A stretch of DNA of 64,000 nucleotides from contig JBEKCB010000002.1 in assembly GCA_050015075.1 (NCBI GenBank), positions 1-64,000 of the forward strand, read 5' to 3'. Position 1 is the stretch's first letter. The number at the start of each line of letters is the position of its first letter. Shown here in pieces: positions 1-9,511 of this stretch. Origin of the DNA: Candidatus Brocadiia bacterium (lineage in GTDB: Bacteria > Planctomycetota > Brocadiia > CAIUPP01). Below the pieces are notes generated by a model. The model was not told the DNA's origin, searched no databases, and saw only the letters and a list, made by a program, of their open reading frames with translations. Made by a program: the position numbers and the translations under genes.

Positions 1-1203
1 GACGCGTGGGCCGCGCCCTTTCAGCCGAAGGCGGTCACGCTGCGCTTCGCGCGGATGAACCGCGTCCTCGGCGCCGCCGTCGCGCCCGACATCGCGCGCG
101 CCATCCTCGAGCGCCTCGGCTTCGCGCCCCTGCCCGGAACGGACGCGGGCCGCGTCACCGTGCAGGTGCCCGCCTTCCGCGCCGTGGACGTGTACCGCGA
201 GATTGACCTGATCGAGGAAGTCATCCGCATCTACGGCTACGACAAGATCCCCGAGAGCGGAACGCTGCCGGTCATGGTCGGCCGCGTGAGCCGCGGCGAG
301 CGCCTCGCCGATCTCGCCCGGCGGATGCTGCCCGGCCAGGGATTCTTCGAGGCGATGACGAATTCCTTCTGCGACGAGGCGTCCGCGCGCCTCGTCTCGC
401 CCTGGACGACCGCCGACCCGCTGGCGGTTCAGAACACGATCCGGCGCGACGAGAACCGGCTGCGCGTATCGCTGTTGCCGGGCCTGCTGGCGGTCAAGCG
501 CACGAACCTCGCGCACGGCGTCGCGAAATCGCCGCTCTTCGAGATCAGCAAAACCTTCCTCCCGAAGCCGCCGCGCGCGTCCGGCCCGGCCGAGCCGGAC
601 GACGTGCTTCCCGAGGAGCGGACGGTGCTGGCGCTCCTCGCGGAAGACGGCCTCTCGCAACTGAAAGGCGTCATCGAGTCGTTCCTGGACGCCGCCGGCG
701 TATGCTCGAAGCTCTCCTTCGAGCCGGCGGCGGACCCCTTCTTCGCCGAAAAGCGCGCCGCGAAAGTCCTCCTCGATAACGCTCCGCTCGGGATCATGGG
801 CGAAGTCGCCCCCGCCGTCTGCGAGCGATACGGCGCCGCGCATCCGCCGTGTGCGGCGGAATTGGATTTCGACCTGCTCGTCCGCGCCGCCCGGCTCGAC
901 CGCGCCTATTCGAAACTCGCCGCGCATCCGGCCGCCGTCCGCGACCTGGCCGTCGTCGTGGACGAGGCGGTGCCCTGGGCGCGCATCGAGGGCGCCATCC
1001 GCGACCTGCGCATCCCCATCCTCGAAAGTATCGAGTTCTTCGACATCTTCCGCGGCAAGCAGGTCCCCGCCGGGAAGAAGAGCATGGCCTTCTCGCTGAC
1101 CTTCCGCGCCGCCGACCGCACGCTGACCAGCGACGAGGTCGAAGCCGCCCGCCAGTCCTGCATCCAGTCCCTCGCCGCCCTCGGCGCCACGCTGAGAGGC
1201 TGA
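1..1203 (+). CDS. pheT: Phenylalanyl-tRNA synthetase beta subunit, 5'-truncated by window edge
   Basis: Frame open from base 1; B5 motif VPAFRAVDVYREIDLIEEVIRIYGYDKIP; FDX-ACB C-terminus FDIFRGKQVPAGKKSMAFSLTFRAADRTLT. Confidence 0.97.
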   Translation, partial: DAWAAPFQPKAVTLRFARMNRVLGAAVAPDIARAILERLGFAPLPGTDAGRVTVQVPAFRAVDVYREIDLIEEVIRIYGYDKIPESGTLPVMVGRVSRGERLADLARRMLPGQGFFEAMTNSFCDEASARLVSPWTTADPLAVQNTIRRDENRLRVSLLPGLLAVKRTNLAHGVAKSPLFEISKTFLPKPPRASGPAEPDDVLPEERTVLALLAEDGLSQLKGVIESFLDAAGVCSKLSFEPAADPFFAEKRAAKVLLDNAPLGIMGEVAPAVCERYGAAHPPCAAELDFDLLVRAARLDRAYSKLAAHPAAVRDLAVVVDEAVPWARIEGAIRDLRIPILESIEFFDIFRGKQVPAGKKSMAFSLTFRAADRTLTSDEVEAARQSCIQSLAALGATLRG

Positions 1204-1239
1204 TCCAATGCCTGCGCGAAGCGCTCGACGTCTCCTTGT

Positions 1240-1274
1240 TTGCAATACACATTATGCCATGCTATCATGTGTAT
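1240..1274 (+). promoter_or_regulatory. sigma70-like promoter with overlapping inverted-repeat operator for vapBC
   Basis: TTGCAA(1240)-17bp-TATCAT(1263); ATACACAT(1245-1252)/ATGTGTAT(1267-1274) inverted repeat. Confidence 0.65.
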
Positions 1275-1302
1275 GGTTCCGCCGGAGTCCGGGAGGTGTG
1301 CG

Positions 1303-1515
1303 ATGAAGAGAACGAACATCGTCATTGACGAAAAGCTCATGAAAGCCGGCATGCGGGCCACGGGCCTCAGGACGCGCCGCGCGCTGGTGGACCACGCGCT
1401 CAGGGAACTGCTGCGCAGGGAAGCGTGCAAGAGAATCCTGGCGTTCGAGGGCAAGGTCCGTTGGGAAGGCCATCTTCCGGCGATGCGCCGGACGAGGACT
1501 TTCCGATGGTCGTAG
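1303..1515 (+). CDS. vapB: VapB-family antitoxin
   Basis: MKRTNIVIDEKLM...ALRELLRR ribbon-helix-helix pattern; GGAGG RBS; overlaps the PIN toxin gene. Confidence 0.88.
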   Translation: MKRTNIVIDEKLMKAGMRATGLRTRRALVDHALRELLRREACKRILAFEGKVRWEGHLPAMRRTRTFRWS

Positions 1516-1904
1516 TGGATACGACCGTCTGGGTTGACTTCTTCGCAGGGCGTCCGACGCCCCAGGTGCGCCGGCTGAAATCGCTGATCGAGGACGGCGA
1601 GGACGTCGCTCTTTGCGGAGTCATCCTCGCCGAGATCCTCCAGGGCATCAGAACTGACGCGGAGTGCGCGAGGCTCGAATCCGTCCTGCGGAACTTCCTG
1701 TTTCTCGAGATGTCGCGCGATACATTCCTTTCCGCCGCGCACATCTATCGGTCGCTGCGCGCCAGAGGCGTCACGATCCGGAACTCGGTGGACTGCATGA
1801 TCGCGGCCTGCTGCATCGAAAACGGCGCGCAGTTGCTGCATAATGACCGTGATTTTGACGCCATCGCTTCCCACGGCAAACTCGAATGCGTTGACATCAC
1901 ATGA
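1506..1904 (+). CDS. vapC: VapC PIN-domain toxin
   Basis: VVVDTTVWVDF...EILQG...DCMIAA...LLHNDRDF PIN acidic motifs. Confidence 0.93.
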   Translation: MVVVDTTVWVDFFAGRPTPQVRRLKSLIEDGEDVALCGVILAEILQGIRTDAECARLESVLRNFLFLEMSRDTFLSAAHIYRSLRARGVTIRNSVDCMIAACCIENGAQLLHNDRDFDAIASHGKLECVDIT

Positions 1905-1934
1905 GTGTTCACCAGCAGCCGCAGAGGACGTGAC

Positions 1935-2690
1935 GTGGAAATCATCGCTCATCGCGGCGCGTCGCGCTCCGCGCCGGAGAATACCCTGCCGGCCTTCCGC
2001 CTGGCCTGGGAGCAAGGCGCGGACGTCGCGGAACTGGACGTCCGTTTGTCGCGGGACGGCCGGGTCGTCGTCATCCACGACGCGACCGCGCGCCGGACTG
2101 GCGGGCTGAACCGCAAGGTCTGCGGCCTGACGCTGGCCGAACTGCGGGCGCTGGACTTCGGCCGATGGAAAGGCGCGAAATGGGCCGGCACGCGGATCCC
2201 GACGCTGGACGAAGTCGCGCAGACCGTCCCCGCCGGAAAGCGCCTGCTCATCGAGATCAAATGCGGTCCCGAGATTGTCCCCGCGCTGCGGAAAGTCCTC
2301 GACGACCCGAGCATGCGTCGCCGATTCATCCTCCAGAGTTTCTCTCTGCCGACCATGAAGGCCGTGAAGCGGAAATTTCCCGGCGTCGAAGCCGGCTGGC
2401 TCTGTGCCCTGAGACAGCCGGCCGCGCCGAAGGCCGCCGCGGAAGCCGACGCGCTGATCCGGCGGGCGGTCGAGGCCGGCATGAACGGACTCCATCTCCG
2501 CGGGTCGCCGTTCATTGACGCGCGCATGGTGAATCAAGTGAAGGTCGCGCACCTGAAATTCCGCGTTTGGACGGTGGATTCCGTGCCCGTCGCGCAGTGG
2601 CTGGCCGGGCTGGGAATTGACGGGATCATCACCAATCGCCCCGGCTGGCTGCGCGCGCGCCTCGACCTGCGCAGGCGCGGTCACTCATAA
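1935..2690 (+). CDS. Glycerophosphodiester phosphodiesterase
   Basis: IIAHRGAS..APENTL, ELDVRLSRDG, IHD, IEIK, VWTVD, DGIITNRP motifs; GTG start inferred. Confidence 0.93.
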   Translation: MEIIAHRGASRSAPENTLPAFRLAWEQGADVAELDVRLSRDGRVVVIHDATARRTGGLNRKVCGLTLAELRALDFGRWKGAKWAGTRIPTLDEVAQTVPAGKRLLIEIKCGPEIVPALRKVLDDPSMRRRFILQSFSLPTMKAVKRKFPGVEAGWLCALRQPAAPKAAAEADALIRRAVEAGMNGLHLRGSPFIDARMVNQVKVAHLKFRVWTVDSVPVAQWLAGLGIDGIITNRPGWLRARLDLRRRGHS

Positions 2691-2944
2691 TGCGTCCACA
2701 TGCGGATGACCTTGACCGTGCGGATTTCGGGGAGTACCTGGTAGACGAGGCGATGGTGAATGTTGATGCGCCTGGAATAGGCGCCGGCCAGGTCGCCGAC
2801 GAGCTTCTCGAATGAGGGCGGGTTCTGAAACGGGTCGCGGCGCAGCAGTTCGAGCAGCGGCTCGGCCTTGGGGCGAAGGCCGGACTTCGCGAGCTTGCGG
2901 GCGTCGCGACGGGCCTGGCTGGTGAACACCAGTTCCCAGCTCAC
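2681..2944 (-). CDS. yoeB: Txe/YoeB-family toxin
   Basis: EKLVGDLAGAYSRRINIHHRLVYQV...MWTHYE; GTG start overlaps the antitoxin stop. Confidence 0.93.
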   Translation of the reverse strand: MSWELVFTSQARRDARKLAKSGLRPKAEPLLELLRRDPFQNPPSFEKLVGDLAGAYSRRINIHHRLVYQVLPEIRTVKVIRMWTHYE

Positions 2945-3183
2945 CACTTCAGCCCCCGGCGGCACTTCGACACGGGCGTCTTGAGGCCGCGCCGGATGGA
3001 CTCGCGCATGCCCGGAATGGAGAGAAGGTAAAGCGTCTCCTGAATGGCGCTCCAGTCCTCCTCCGCCACGAGGACCGCGCTCGCCCGCTTCCCGGTGATT
3101 GCGATCGGCTGATGCGAAGCGGCCGTTTCCTCAAGCAGCCGGTACAACCGGGCACGGGCCTGGCTGGCTTTCAACGTTGTCAT
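2941..3183 (-). CDS. yefM: Phd/YefM-family antitoxin
   Basis: ASQARARLYRLL...PIAITGKR..AVLVAEEDWSAIQETLYLLSIPGMRESI. Confidence 0.93.
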   Translation of the reverse strand: MTTLKASQARARLYRLLEETAASHQPIAITGKRASAVLVAEEDWSAIQETLYLLSIPGMRESIRRGLKTPVSKCRRGLKW

Positions 3184-3204
3184 GGTTCGTCACCTCCGGC
3201 TCCG

Positions 3205-3233
3205 ATGGTACGTTATATCGTACGTCATGTCAA
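3205..3233 (-). promoter_or_regulatory. sigma70 promoter with GTACG-N6-CGTAC operator for yefM-yoeB
   Basis: Minus strand TTGACA-17bp-TACCAT; palindrome at 3208-3223 overlaps the spacer and -10. Confidence 0.75.
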
Positions 3234-3268
3234 GCGCGGATTTCTTCCCGTCAGCGCGGTTGAAAAGG

Positions 3269-4246
3269 CTACTGCCGATCGGTCCTGATAATCTGCATAA
3301 CCCGCCCGGCCAGTTCCCAAGTGCGTTCGTCCTGCATGAGCTTGCCTAAATCTCCGTCGTTCAGCGTCTCCTGAAACGCCTTGTCCCGCAGGAGGTCCTG
3401 GACTTCCGGGTCAGCGCCGATCTGAGTCATTTTTCGGCCGACGCGCGCGAGTTGGTCCGCCGCCTGCTCGCGGGTGGAGGCGGCGTCCGACTCCGCCGGG
3501 AGAAGCCCCAGGTCCCTGGCGCAGCGGAGGAACTCGGGATCTTCCATGAGCCGATTCCAGCGCGGGTTGCCCTTGATCGCCTCCGCGTCGCCCTTGAAAA
3601 CGGCGTCGGTAAATTGAGCGTCCCGGGCGAGCGCGGCAACTTCGGGATTCTGCTTGATGCGTTGGACGTCCTCGACGGCCATCTTCGGGTCGCTCACGGA
3701 CCGGGCGACGACCCGGGACAGAGCCGGGTCGTTCGTCGCGGCCCGCGCGAAAAGGTAGGCTTCGGACCCGATGATGAGGCTGGAGAGGCGGGAGGCAGCG
3801 GAGTCCCGCATATCGGGCCATGCCGTCGCTCCCGGCGTCAGGCCGGCCGCGTTATATATCCAGACCAGTGCGGCCGCCATGAGCATGCCGACGCACGCGC
3901 CGAGGGCTGCGCCCGACAGTTTATCCGCCCAGGGATATTTCGGTTTCGGGGCAGGCTGCGCCTTCCGGGATTTGTTCCGCCGGCGGATGAGATGCACGAG
4001 AAGGAAAAACATGACGTAGACGACGAGGAAGACAAACGTCGCGCCAAGCGCGCAGGCGAGGACCAGCGGTATGCCGAAGGACTCATTCAGCCGCCGCCCT
4101 GCCCAGCCCCAGAGCAGCCAGGCCGCGAAGAAGGCCCCGGCAAGACCGAGCAGCCCCAACAGGCTCGAGGTCAGACCACGCATGAAGCCCCGGACGGCGT
4201 AGACGGCGACCACTGCAAGCGTTACCACGTCTGCGAGCACGAGCAT
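3269..4246 (-). CDS. CvpA-family membrane protein with soluble C-terminal extension
   Basis: N-terminal helices with RGFMRGLTSSLLGL and DKLSGAALG CvpA-like motifs. Confidence 0.75.
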   Translation of the reverse strand: MLVLADVVTLAVVAVYAVRGFMRGLTSSLLGLLGLAGAFFAAWLLWGWAGRRLNESFGIPLVLACALGATFVFLVVYVMFFLLVHLIRRRNKSRKAQPAPKPKYPWADKLSGAALGACVGMLMAAALVWIYNAAGLTPGATAWPDMRDSAASRLSSLIIGSEAYLFARAATNDPALSRVVARSVSDPKMAVEDVQRIKQNPEVAALARDAQFTDAVFKGDAEAIKGNPRWNRLMEDPEFLRCARDLGLLPAESDAASTREQAADQLARVGRKMTQIGADPEVQDLLRDKAFQETLNDGDLGKLMQDERTWELAGRVMQIIRTDRQ

Positions 4247-4293
4247 GCCTCGTCTCCGTCGCCGCGGCGCCTTCTCTTCCGCGCTCCTTGAAG

Positions 4294-5601
4294 CTACAGC
4301 TCCGCCGCGGCGAGTGAGGCCAGCTCGCTGCGCTCGGAGCGCGTCAGCGTCACGTGGCCGAAGAGCGCCTTGCCTTTGAGCCGCTCGGCGGTGTACGTCA
4401 GCCCGTTGCTGCTCGCGTCGAGGTACGGGTTGTCAATCTGGTACGGGTCGCCGGTGAGCACCACCTTGGTATCCTCTCCGGCGCGGCTGATGATCGTCTT
4501 GACCTCGTGCGGGGTGAGGTTCTGCGCCTCGTCCACGATCATGAACTCGCGCGGGATGCTGCGGCCGCGGATGTACGTGAGCGCCTCGAGCTGGATGACG
4601 CCCGAGCGCAGGAAGTCCTCGACCTTCTTCCCGGGCTCGGCCTTCGCGCCCTTGAGCGTGAGGAGGTATTCGAGGTTGTCGTAGATCGGCAGCATCCAGT
4701 GGCCGAGCTTCTCCTCGACGGAGCCGGGCAGGTAGCCGATGTCCTTGCCGAGCGGCATGATCGGCCGCGAGACGAGCACCTTGTCGTAGCGGCGCTCGTG
4801 CATGACCTGCGCCAGCCCGCAGGCGAGCGCCAGGAGCGTCTTGCCCGTGCCGGCCTGGCCGACGAGGGTGACGAGCTGGATTTCCTCGCTGCAGAGCAGC
4901 TCGATCGCCATGCGCTGCTGCATGTTCCGCGCGGCGACGCCCATCGGTTTCATTTCGCCGTACCGGAGCAGGCCGACGGTCTTGCCGTCCGGCGCACAGC
5001 GCGCCAGCGAGGTGTGCTTCGGGTTCGCCGCGTCGCGGAAGACGCCGAACTCGTTCGGGATCAGGCCGAGACCGTCGTTCGGCAGGAACTTCCGCGCGTG
5101 GAGTTGGTCAATGGAGTCGCCCGGGATCGCCACCTCGCGCCAGCCGCAGTACAAGGCGTCGAAGTCCACCTTCTCCTTCTCGAAGTCCATCGTCTTGATC
5201 CCGAGCGCGTCGGCCTTGATGCGGGCGTTCACGTCCTTCGAGACGAAGATCACCGGCCGGCCCGAGTTCATGATCTCATTGGCGACGGCGACAATGCGGT
5301 TGTCCGGGAGGTTGAGCCGCAGGCCGGTGCCTTCGAGCGAGCCGGGCTCGAGCGCGACGCGGACCGTTCCGCCGGACTCTTTGAGCGTCACGCCTTCGCG
5401 CAGGCTGCCCTGGCCGCGGAGACGGTCGAGCGTGCGGACCACCTGCCGCGCGTTGCGCCCAAGCTCGTTGTTCTGTCCCTTGAACCGGTCCAGCTCCTCG
5501 ATCACGTCCATCGGGATCACCACCTCGTTGTCCGCGAACGACTCGATCGCGGCGGGGTTATGAAGCAGCACGTTCGTGTCCAGGACGAAGCTTTTCTTCA
5601 T
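4294..5601 (-). CDS. PIN-PhoH family ATPase (YlaK-like)
   Basis: FVLDTNVLLH PIN start; GQAGTGKT Walker A; YIRGRSI; DEAQNLT; GDPYQID; SERSELA. Confidence 0.95.
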   Translation of the reverse strand: MKKSFVLDTNVLLHNPAAIESFADNEVVIPMDVIEELDRFKGQNNELGRNARQVVRTLDRLRGQGSLREGVTLKESGGTVRVALEPGSLEGTGLRLNLPDNRIVAVANEIMNSGRPVIFVSKDVNARIKADALGIKTMDFEKEKVDFDALYCGWREVAIPGDSIDQLHARKFLPNDGLGLIPNEFGVFRDAANPKHTSLARCAPDGKTVGLLRYGEMKPMGVAARNMQQRMAIELLCSEEIQLVTLVGQAGTGKTLLALACGLAQVMHERRYDKVLVSRPIMPLGKDIGYLPGSVEEKLGHWMLPIYDNLEYLLTLKGAKAEPGKKVEDFLRSGVIQLEALTYIRGRSIPREFMIVDEAQNLTPHEVKTIISRAGEDTKVVLTGDPYQIDNPYLDASSNGLTYTAERLKGKALFGHVTLTRSERSELASLAAAEL

Positions 5602-5746
5602 CGTTCCAAGCGCCTCCTTTGATGGACGCGGAGAAGCCGGCCGGCCAGTGACAAGGGCATGAACCTCATGCCGCCGCACGGCTGGTCATGGTATGAGCAA
5701 CGGAATAGATATGTCAAGTTCGCTTTCGCCGGGCGGGGTGCTGTCC

Positions 5747-5849
5747 GTTCTTCGTAATCGTAATCCTAATCGTGCTCGTCCTCCGTTCCGCTGCAACGGT
5801 AAGCGGCGATTACGATTACGAGTAAGATTACGAGGTAATGAGTAAGAAC
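5747..5849. repeat. Inverted pair of 6-bp tandem arrays (CGTAAT-like / ATTACG-like)
   Basis: cgtaat cgtaat cctaat cgtgct cgtcct ... gattac gattac gagtaa gattac gag. Confidence 0.85.
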
Positions 5850-5873
5850 CGGCACATGCCGAACAGATGTGAT

Positions 5874-5902
5874 TTGACAGGACAATACATGTTACGTACA
5901 GT
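5874..5902 (+). promoter_or_regulatory. sigma70 promoter, probably giving a leaderless brnT mRNA
   Basis: TTGACA(5874)-17bp-TACAGT(5897); ATG at 5909; no Shine-Dalgarno. Confidence 0.65.
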
Positions 5903-5908
5903 TTACGT

Positions 5909-6199
5909 ATGAATGGGATTCGCTTCGAGTGGGACGAGAAGAAGAGCCGCGAAAATCGCCGGAAATATGGCGTGTCCTTCGACGAGGCGCAAACGGTCTT
6001 TCTCGACGACAATGCCATCCGGTTTTTTGACCCGGATCACTCAGCGGACGAGGATCGGTTTTTGATGCTCGGCATCAGCTTCCGTTTGCGAGTCCTTGTC
6101 GTCTGCCATTGCTATCGCGCCGGTGATGCGGTGGTCCGCATCATCTCCGCCCGAAAGGCGAATCGGAAGGAACAGCAAGTTTACTGGAGCCGGAAATAA
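5909..6199 (+). CDS. brnT: BrnT-family toxin
   Basis: FEWDEKKSRENRRKYGVSFDEAQTVF...EDRF...RIISARKA. Confidence 0.95.
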   Translation: MNGIRFEWDEKKSRENRRKYGVSFDEAQTVFLDDNAIRFFDPDHSADEDRFLMLGISFRLRVLVVCHCYRAGDAVVRIISARKANRKEQQVYWSRK

Positions 6200-6202
6200 G
6201 CC

Positions 6203-6421
6203 ATGAGAGCGCATTATGATTTTGCGAAAATGAAGGGCGAGCCGAACCCGTATACTAAACGCCTCAAGCAGCCGGTGACGATTCGCCTGGACAAAGCCAC
6301 CGTGGCCTATTTCAAATTGCTTGCGCGCCAGCTTGGAATCCCTTACCAGAGCCTGATCAACCTCTACTTGAGGGACTGCGTTCTGAACCACAAGCGGCTC
6401 GCTGTAAAGTGGGCATCGTGA
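6203..6421 (+). CDS. brnA: BrnA-family antitoxin
   Basis: YDFAKMKGEPNPY...VTIRLDKATVAYFK...IPYQSLINLYLR. Confidence 0.92.
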   Translation: MRAHYDFAKMKGEPNPYTKRLKQPVTIRLDKATVAYFKLLARQLGIPYQSLINLYLRDCVLNHKRLAVKWAS

Positions 6422-6482
6422 CGACGTTGGGCCGCACGTCCGGCGGCGCATCGGGTTGAGAGGTGTGGAGCGTCGGCGCCGT

Positions 6483-6932
6483 TCAGGATTCGTTTCGGCG
6501 GAGCCATTCGTCCAGGGCGGCGGCGAACCGGCGGCGGTCCGCAGCGGTCGGAGCGCGCGGGCCGCGCGTTCGGCCGCCGGCGCGGCGCGCCTTTCGCGAG
6601 CGATGGCGTTCCGCGAGCAGCAACGGGAGAACCTCGGGGCGGAAGAGGCGGCCGCGGCTTGAAATCGCGCGCGCCCCTTTGCCGGTGACCAGCGCCGCCA
6701 GGCCGATGTCGTCGGTCACCACGATGTCGCCCTGGCGGCATTGCGTCGCGATGGCGAAATCCGCCGCATCGGGGCGATCGTCCACGCGCACCGTTCGCGG
6801 GTCCAAGGACCCGGCCGCCTCCTGCGACGAATTCGCGAAGAAGAGGGCCTCGATTCCGTAACGCTCCGCCGCGCGCGCGATTTCGCGCCGAACGGGACAG
6901 GCGTCCGCATCCACCAGCACGCGCGCGTTCAT
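6483..6932 (-). CDS. YaiI/YqxD (DUF188) family protein
   Basis: VLVDADACPV, DAADFAI, GDIVVTDDIGLA, GGRTRGP motifs. Confidence 0.92.
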   Translation of the reverse strand: MNARVLVDADACPVRREIARAAERYGIEALFFANSSQEAAGSLDPRTVRVDDRPDAADFAIATQCRQGDIVVTDDIGLAALVTGKGARAISSRGRLFRPEVLPLLLAERHRSRKARRAGGRTRGPRAPTAADRRRFAAALDEWLRRNES

Positions 6933-6940
6933 GCGCCGGC

Positions 6941-7261
6941 TCAGAAAAGCACCACGTCGTCAATCTTCGAGACGCTGACCACCAGGCTTCGCCGGACGGT
7001 CACCTCGTTCCGGTTCTTCTGGACGCCGTTGCGCCGCGCTTCGAGGACGTACAGATCCTTGCCGCTGTGCCCTTCGGAGGTGTCGTGCACGTCCGCGTCG
7101 CTGAGCACCAGGTAATGCTCCTGCCATTCTTTGAGCCGGCCCAGGTAAACATACGGCGTGGACGTGTCGAGCACGACGATCGAGCCGACCAGCCGCGCCA
7201 TCGCGTCCGGTTCCGAGGTCGCCTTGGGCTTTCCGCCGGGATATTTCTTCTCCCGCTCCAT
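6941..7261 (-). CDS. Hypothetical protein, probable Sm/LSm-like fold
   Basis: LVGSIVVLD..YVYLGRL....YLVLSDADVHD...VTVRRSLVVSVS beta-strand pattern. Confidence 0.55.
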   Translation of the reverse strand: MEREKKYPGGKPKATSEPDAMARLVGSIVVLDTSTPYVYLGRLKEWQEHYLVLSDADVHDTSEGHSGKDLYVLEARRNGVQKNRNEVTVRRSLVVSVSKIDDVVLF

Positions 7262-7302
7262 GCCGACATGCTACATCCGCCCGGCGCAAAGGTCAATGTC
7301 GG

Positions 7303-7331
7303 TTGCCCGCGCGATACCTGAGCGATATAAT
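7303..7331 (+). promoter_or_regulatory. sigma70 promoter of nifU-nifS
   Basis: TTGCCC(7303)-17bp-TATAAT(7326). Confidence 0.65.
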
Positions 7332-7378
7332 AAACTAAGTGGATCGAGGGGCACCGGGCCAGAGAGGAGAAGGCGACC

Positions 7379-8224
7379 ATGTGGGACTATTCCGAGAAAC
7401 TCAAGGATCATTTCTTCCATCCGCGAAACGTCGGCGAGATCGAGACGCCCAGCGGCGTCGGCGAGGTCGGCTCGCTCGCGTGCGGCGACGCGCTCAAGCT
7501 CTTCCTGAAAGTGGACGACCGCACCGGCGTGATCGAGGAGGCGAAATTCAAGACCTTCGGCTGCGGAAGCGCCATCGCCTCCGCCTCGGCGCTCACCGAG
7601 ATGGTCAAGGGCAAGTCGGTCGAGGAGGCCTCGCGCATCACCAACCAGGACATCGCCGATTTCCTCGGCGGCATCCCGCCGGAGAAGATGCACTGCTCGG
7701 TGATGGGGCGAGAGGCGCTCGAGGCGGCCATCGCCAACTACCGCGGCCAGGGCGTCGCGAAGCACCAGCAGGGCAACATCATCTGCAAGTGCTTCGGCGT
7801 GACGGATGAGGAGATCAAGCGCGTCGTCCGCGAGAACCGGCTCAAGACGGTCGAGGACGTTACCCATTACACGAAAGCCGGCGGCGGCTGCGGCGGGTGC
7901 AAGCCGCTGATCGAGGAGCTGATCGCCGAAGTCGCGGCCGAAGCGCGCGCCGCGGGGTCGCAGGGCGCGCCGGGCCGGCGGCTGACGAACATCCAGAAGA
8001 TCAAGCTGATCCAGGAGACGCTCGAACGCGAGATCGGCCCCGCGCTTCGCACCGACGGCGGCGACATCGAGCTGGTGGACGTAGACGGCCATCGCGTCAC
8101 CGTGGCGCTGCGCGGCACGTGCGCCCATTGCATCGGCTCCGAGGCCACGCTCCGCGGCTATGTCGAAAAGAAACTGCGCGAGATCGTGGATCCAGAAATC
8201 GTCGTGGAGGAGGCGCCCAAATGA
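7379..8224 (+). CDS. nifU: Fe-S cluster assembly scaffold NifU (three-domain)
   Basis: ACGDAL, TFGCGSAIAS, KMHCS; central CKC...GGGCGGC; C-terminal DGGDIEL..GTCAHC. Confidence 0.96.
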   Translation: MWDYSEKLKDHFFHPRNVGEIETPSGVGEVGSLACGDALKLFLKVDDRTGVIEEAKFKTFGCGSAIASASALTEMVKGKSVEEASRITNQDIADFLGGIPPEKMHCSVMGREALEAAIANYRGQGVAKHQQGNIICKCFGVTDEEIKRVVRENRLKTVEDVTHYTKAGGGCGGCKPLIEELIAEVAAEARAAGSQGAPGRRLTNIQKIKLIQETLEREIGPALRTDGGDIELVDVDGHRVTVALRGTCAHCIGSEATLRGYVEKKLREIVDPEIVVEEAPK

Positions 8225-9396
8225 AGGTGGTCTATCTCGACAACAACGCGACGACCGCTGTGGCGCCCGAGGTGCTCGAGGTCATGCTGCCGTTCCTCCG
8301 CGACCGCTACGGCAACCCGTCCTCCATGCATACCTTCGGCGGCACCGTCGCCCATGACATCCGCAAGGCGCGCGAGCAGGTCGCCGCCCTCATCGGCGCC
8401 GAGCCGGACGAGATCATCTTCACCAGTTGCGGCACGGAGAGCGACGTGAGCGCGATCCGCAGCGGACTCGAGACCGATCCGGCCAAGCGCCACATCGTCA
8501 CCACGCGCGTCGAGCATCCCGCCGTGCACTCGTTCTGCCGGTGGCTGGCCGACCACGGCTATCGCGTCACCGAGATCTCCGTCAACCCCGAGGGTCTGCT
8601 CGACCTGGCCGAGGTCGAGGCCGCGCTGGCGCTCGACACGGCCATCGTTACGGTCATGCACGCGAACAACGAGACCGGCGTCCTCTTCCCGATCGAGCGC
8701 ATCGCCGAAATGTGCCGCGAGCGCGGCATCCTCTTCCACACCGACGCGGTCCAATCCGTCGGCAAGCTGCCGCTGGACCTGAAGCGCACCGCCGTGGACA
8801 TGCTCTCCCTCAGCGGCCACAAGCTGCACGCGCCGAAAGGCGTGGGCGTGCTGTACGTCCGCAAAGGCACGCGGTTTACGCCGTGCATGATCGGCGGCCA
8901 CCAGGAGCACGGGCGCCGTGCGGGGACGGAGAACGTCGCCTCCATCGTCGCCCTCGGCAAGGCGGCCGAGCTGGCGAAAAACGCCATGGCCGACGAGAAC
9001 ACGCGCGTCCCGGCGCTGCGCGACCGCCTCGAAAAAGAACTCCTCGCGCGCATCCCGGACTCGCGCCGCAACGGCAACGCCAGGGAGCGCCTGCCGAACA
9101 CCAGCAACATCTCCTACGAATTCGTCGAGGGCGAAGCGATCCTGCTGCTGCTCGACCAGGCCGGCATCTGCGCCTCGTCCGGCTCCGCGTGCACCTCAGG
9201 CTCGCTCGAACCGTCGCACGTCCTGCGCGCCATGGGCATCCCGTTCACCTTCGCCCACGGCTCCATCCGCATGAGCCTCAGCCGCTACAACACCGACGCG
9301 GACGTGGACGCGGTGATCGCCTCGCTCCCCGGCATCATCCAGCGCCTGCGCTCCATCAGCCCCTTCACCCGCGACAATCCGGCCACCGGCGGGTGA
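8221..9396 (+). CDS. nifS: Cysteine desulfurase NifS
   Basis: YLDNNATT, SGHKLHAPKGVG, SSGSACTSGSLEPSHVL; ATG overlaps the nifU stop. Confidence 0.96.
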   Translation: MKVVYLDNNATTAVAPEVLEVMLPFLRDRYGNPSSMHTFGGTVAHDIRKAREQVAALIGAEPDEIIFTSCGTESDVSAIRSGLETDPAKRHIVTTRVEHPAVHSFCRWLADHGYRVTEISVNPEGLLDLAEVEAALALDTAIVTVMHANNETGVLFPIERIAEMCRERGILFHTDAVQSVGKLPLDLKRTAVDMLSLSGHKLHAPKGVGVLYVRKGTRFTPCMIGGHQEHGRRAGTENVASIVALGKAAELAKNAMADENTRVPALRDRLEKELLARIPDSRRNGNARERLPNTSNISYEFVEGEAILLLLDQAGICASSGSACTSGSLEPSHVLRAMGIPFTFAHGSIRMSLSRYNTDADVDAVIASLPGIIQRLRSISPFTRDNPATGG

Positions 9397-9511
9397 GGTT
9401 CAGCGTGGCGCGATTGCCCCGCGACATTCCTGACGAACAGGATAGCGTGAGCCTCCCGATTTTCCCGCAGCGCCCCGGCATCCGCTCAAGAGCATAAGCG
9501 CTTTTCTGAAT

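Noticed and set aside
1203-1240. IQCLREALDVSL after the pheT stop, resembling an alternative PheT tail
   Set aside because: Too short and too dissimilar at nucleotide level to call a duplication.
7379-9396. nifU-nifS as evidence of nitrogen fixation
   Set aside because: No nifHDK in the window; NIF-type systems serve general Fe-S assembly in many non-diazotrophs.
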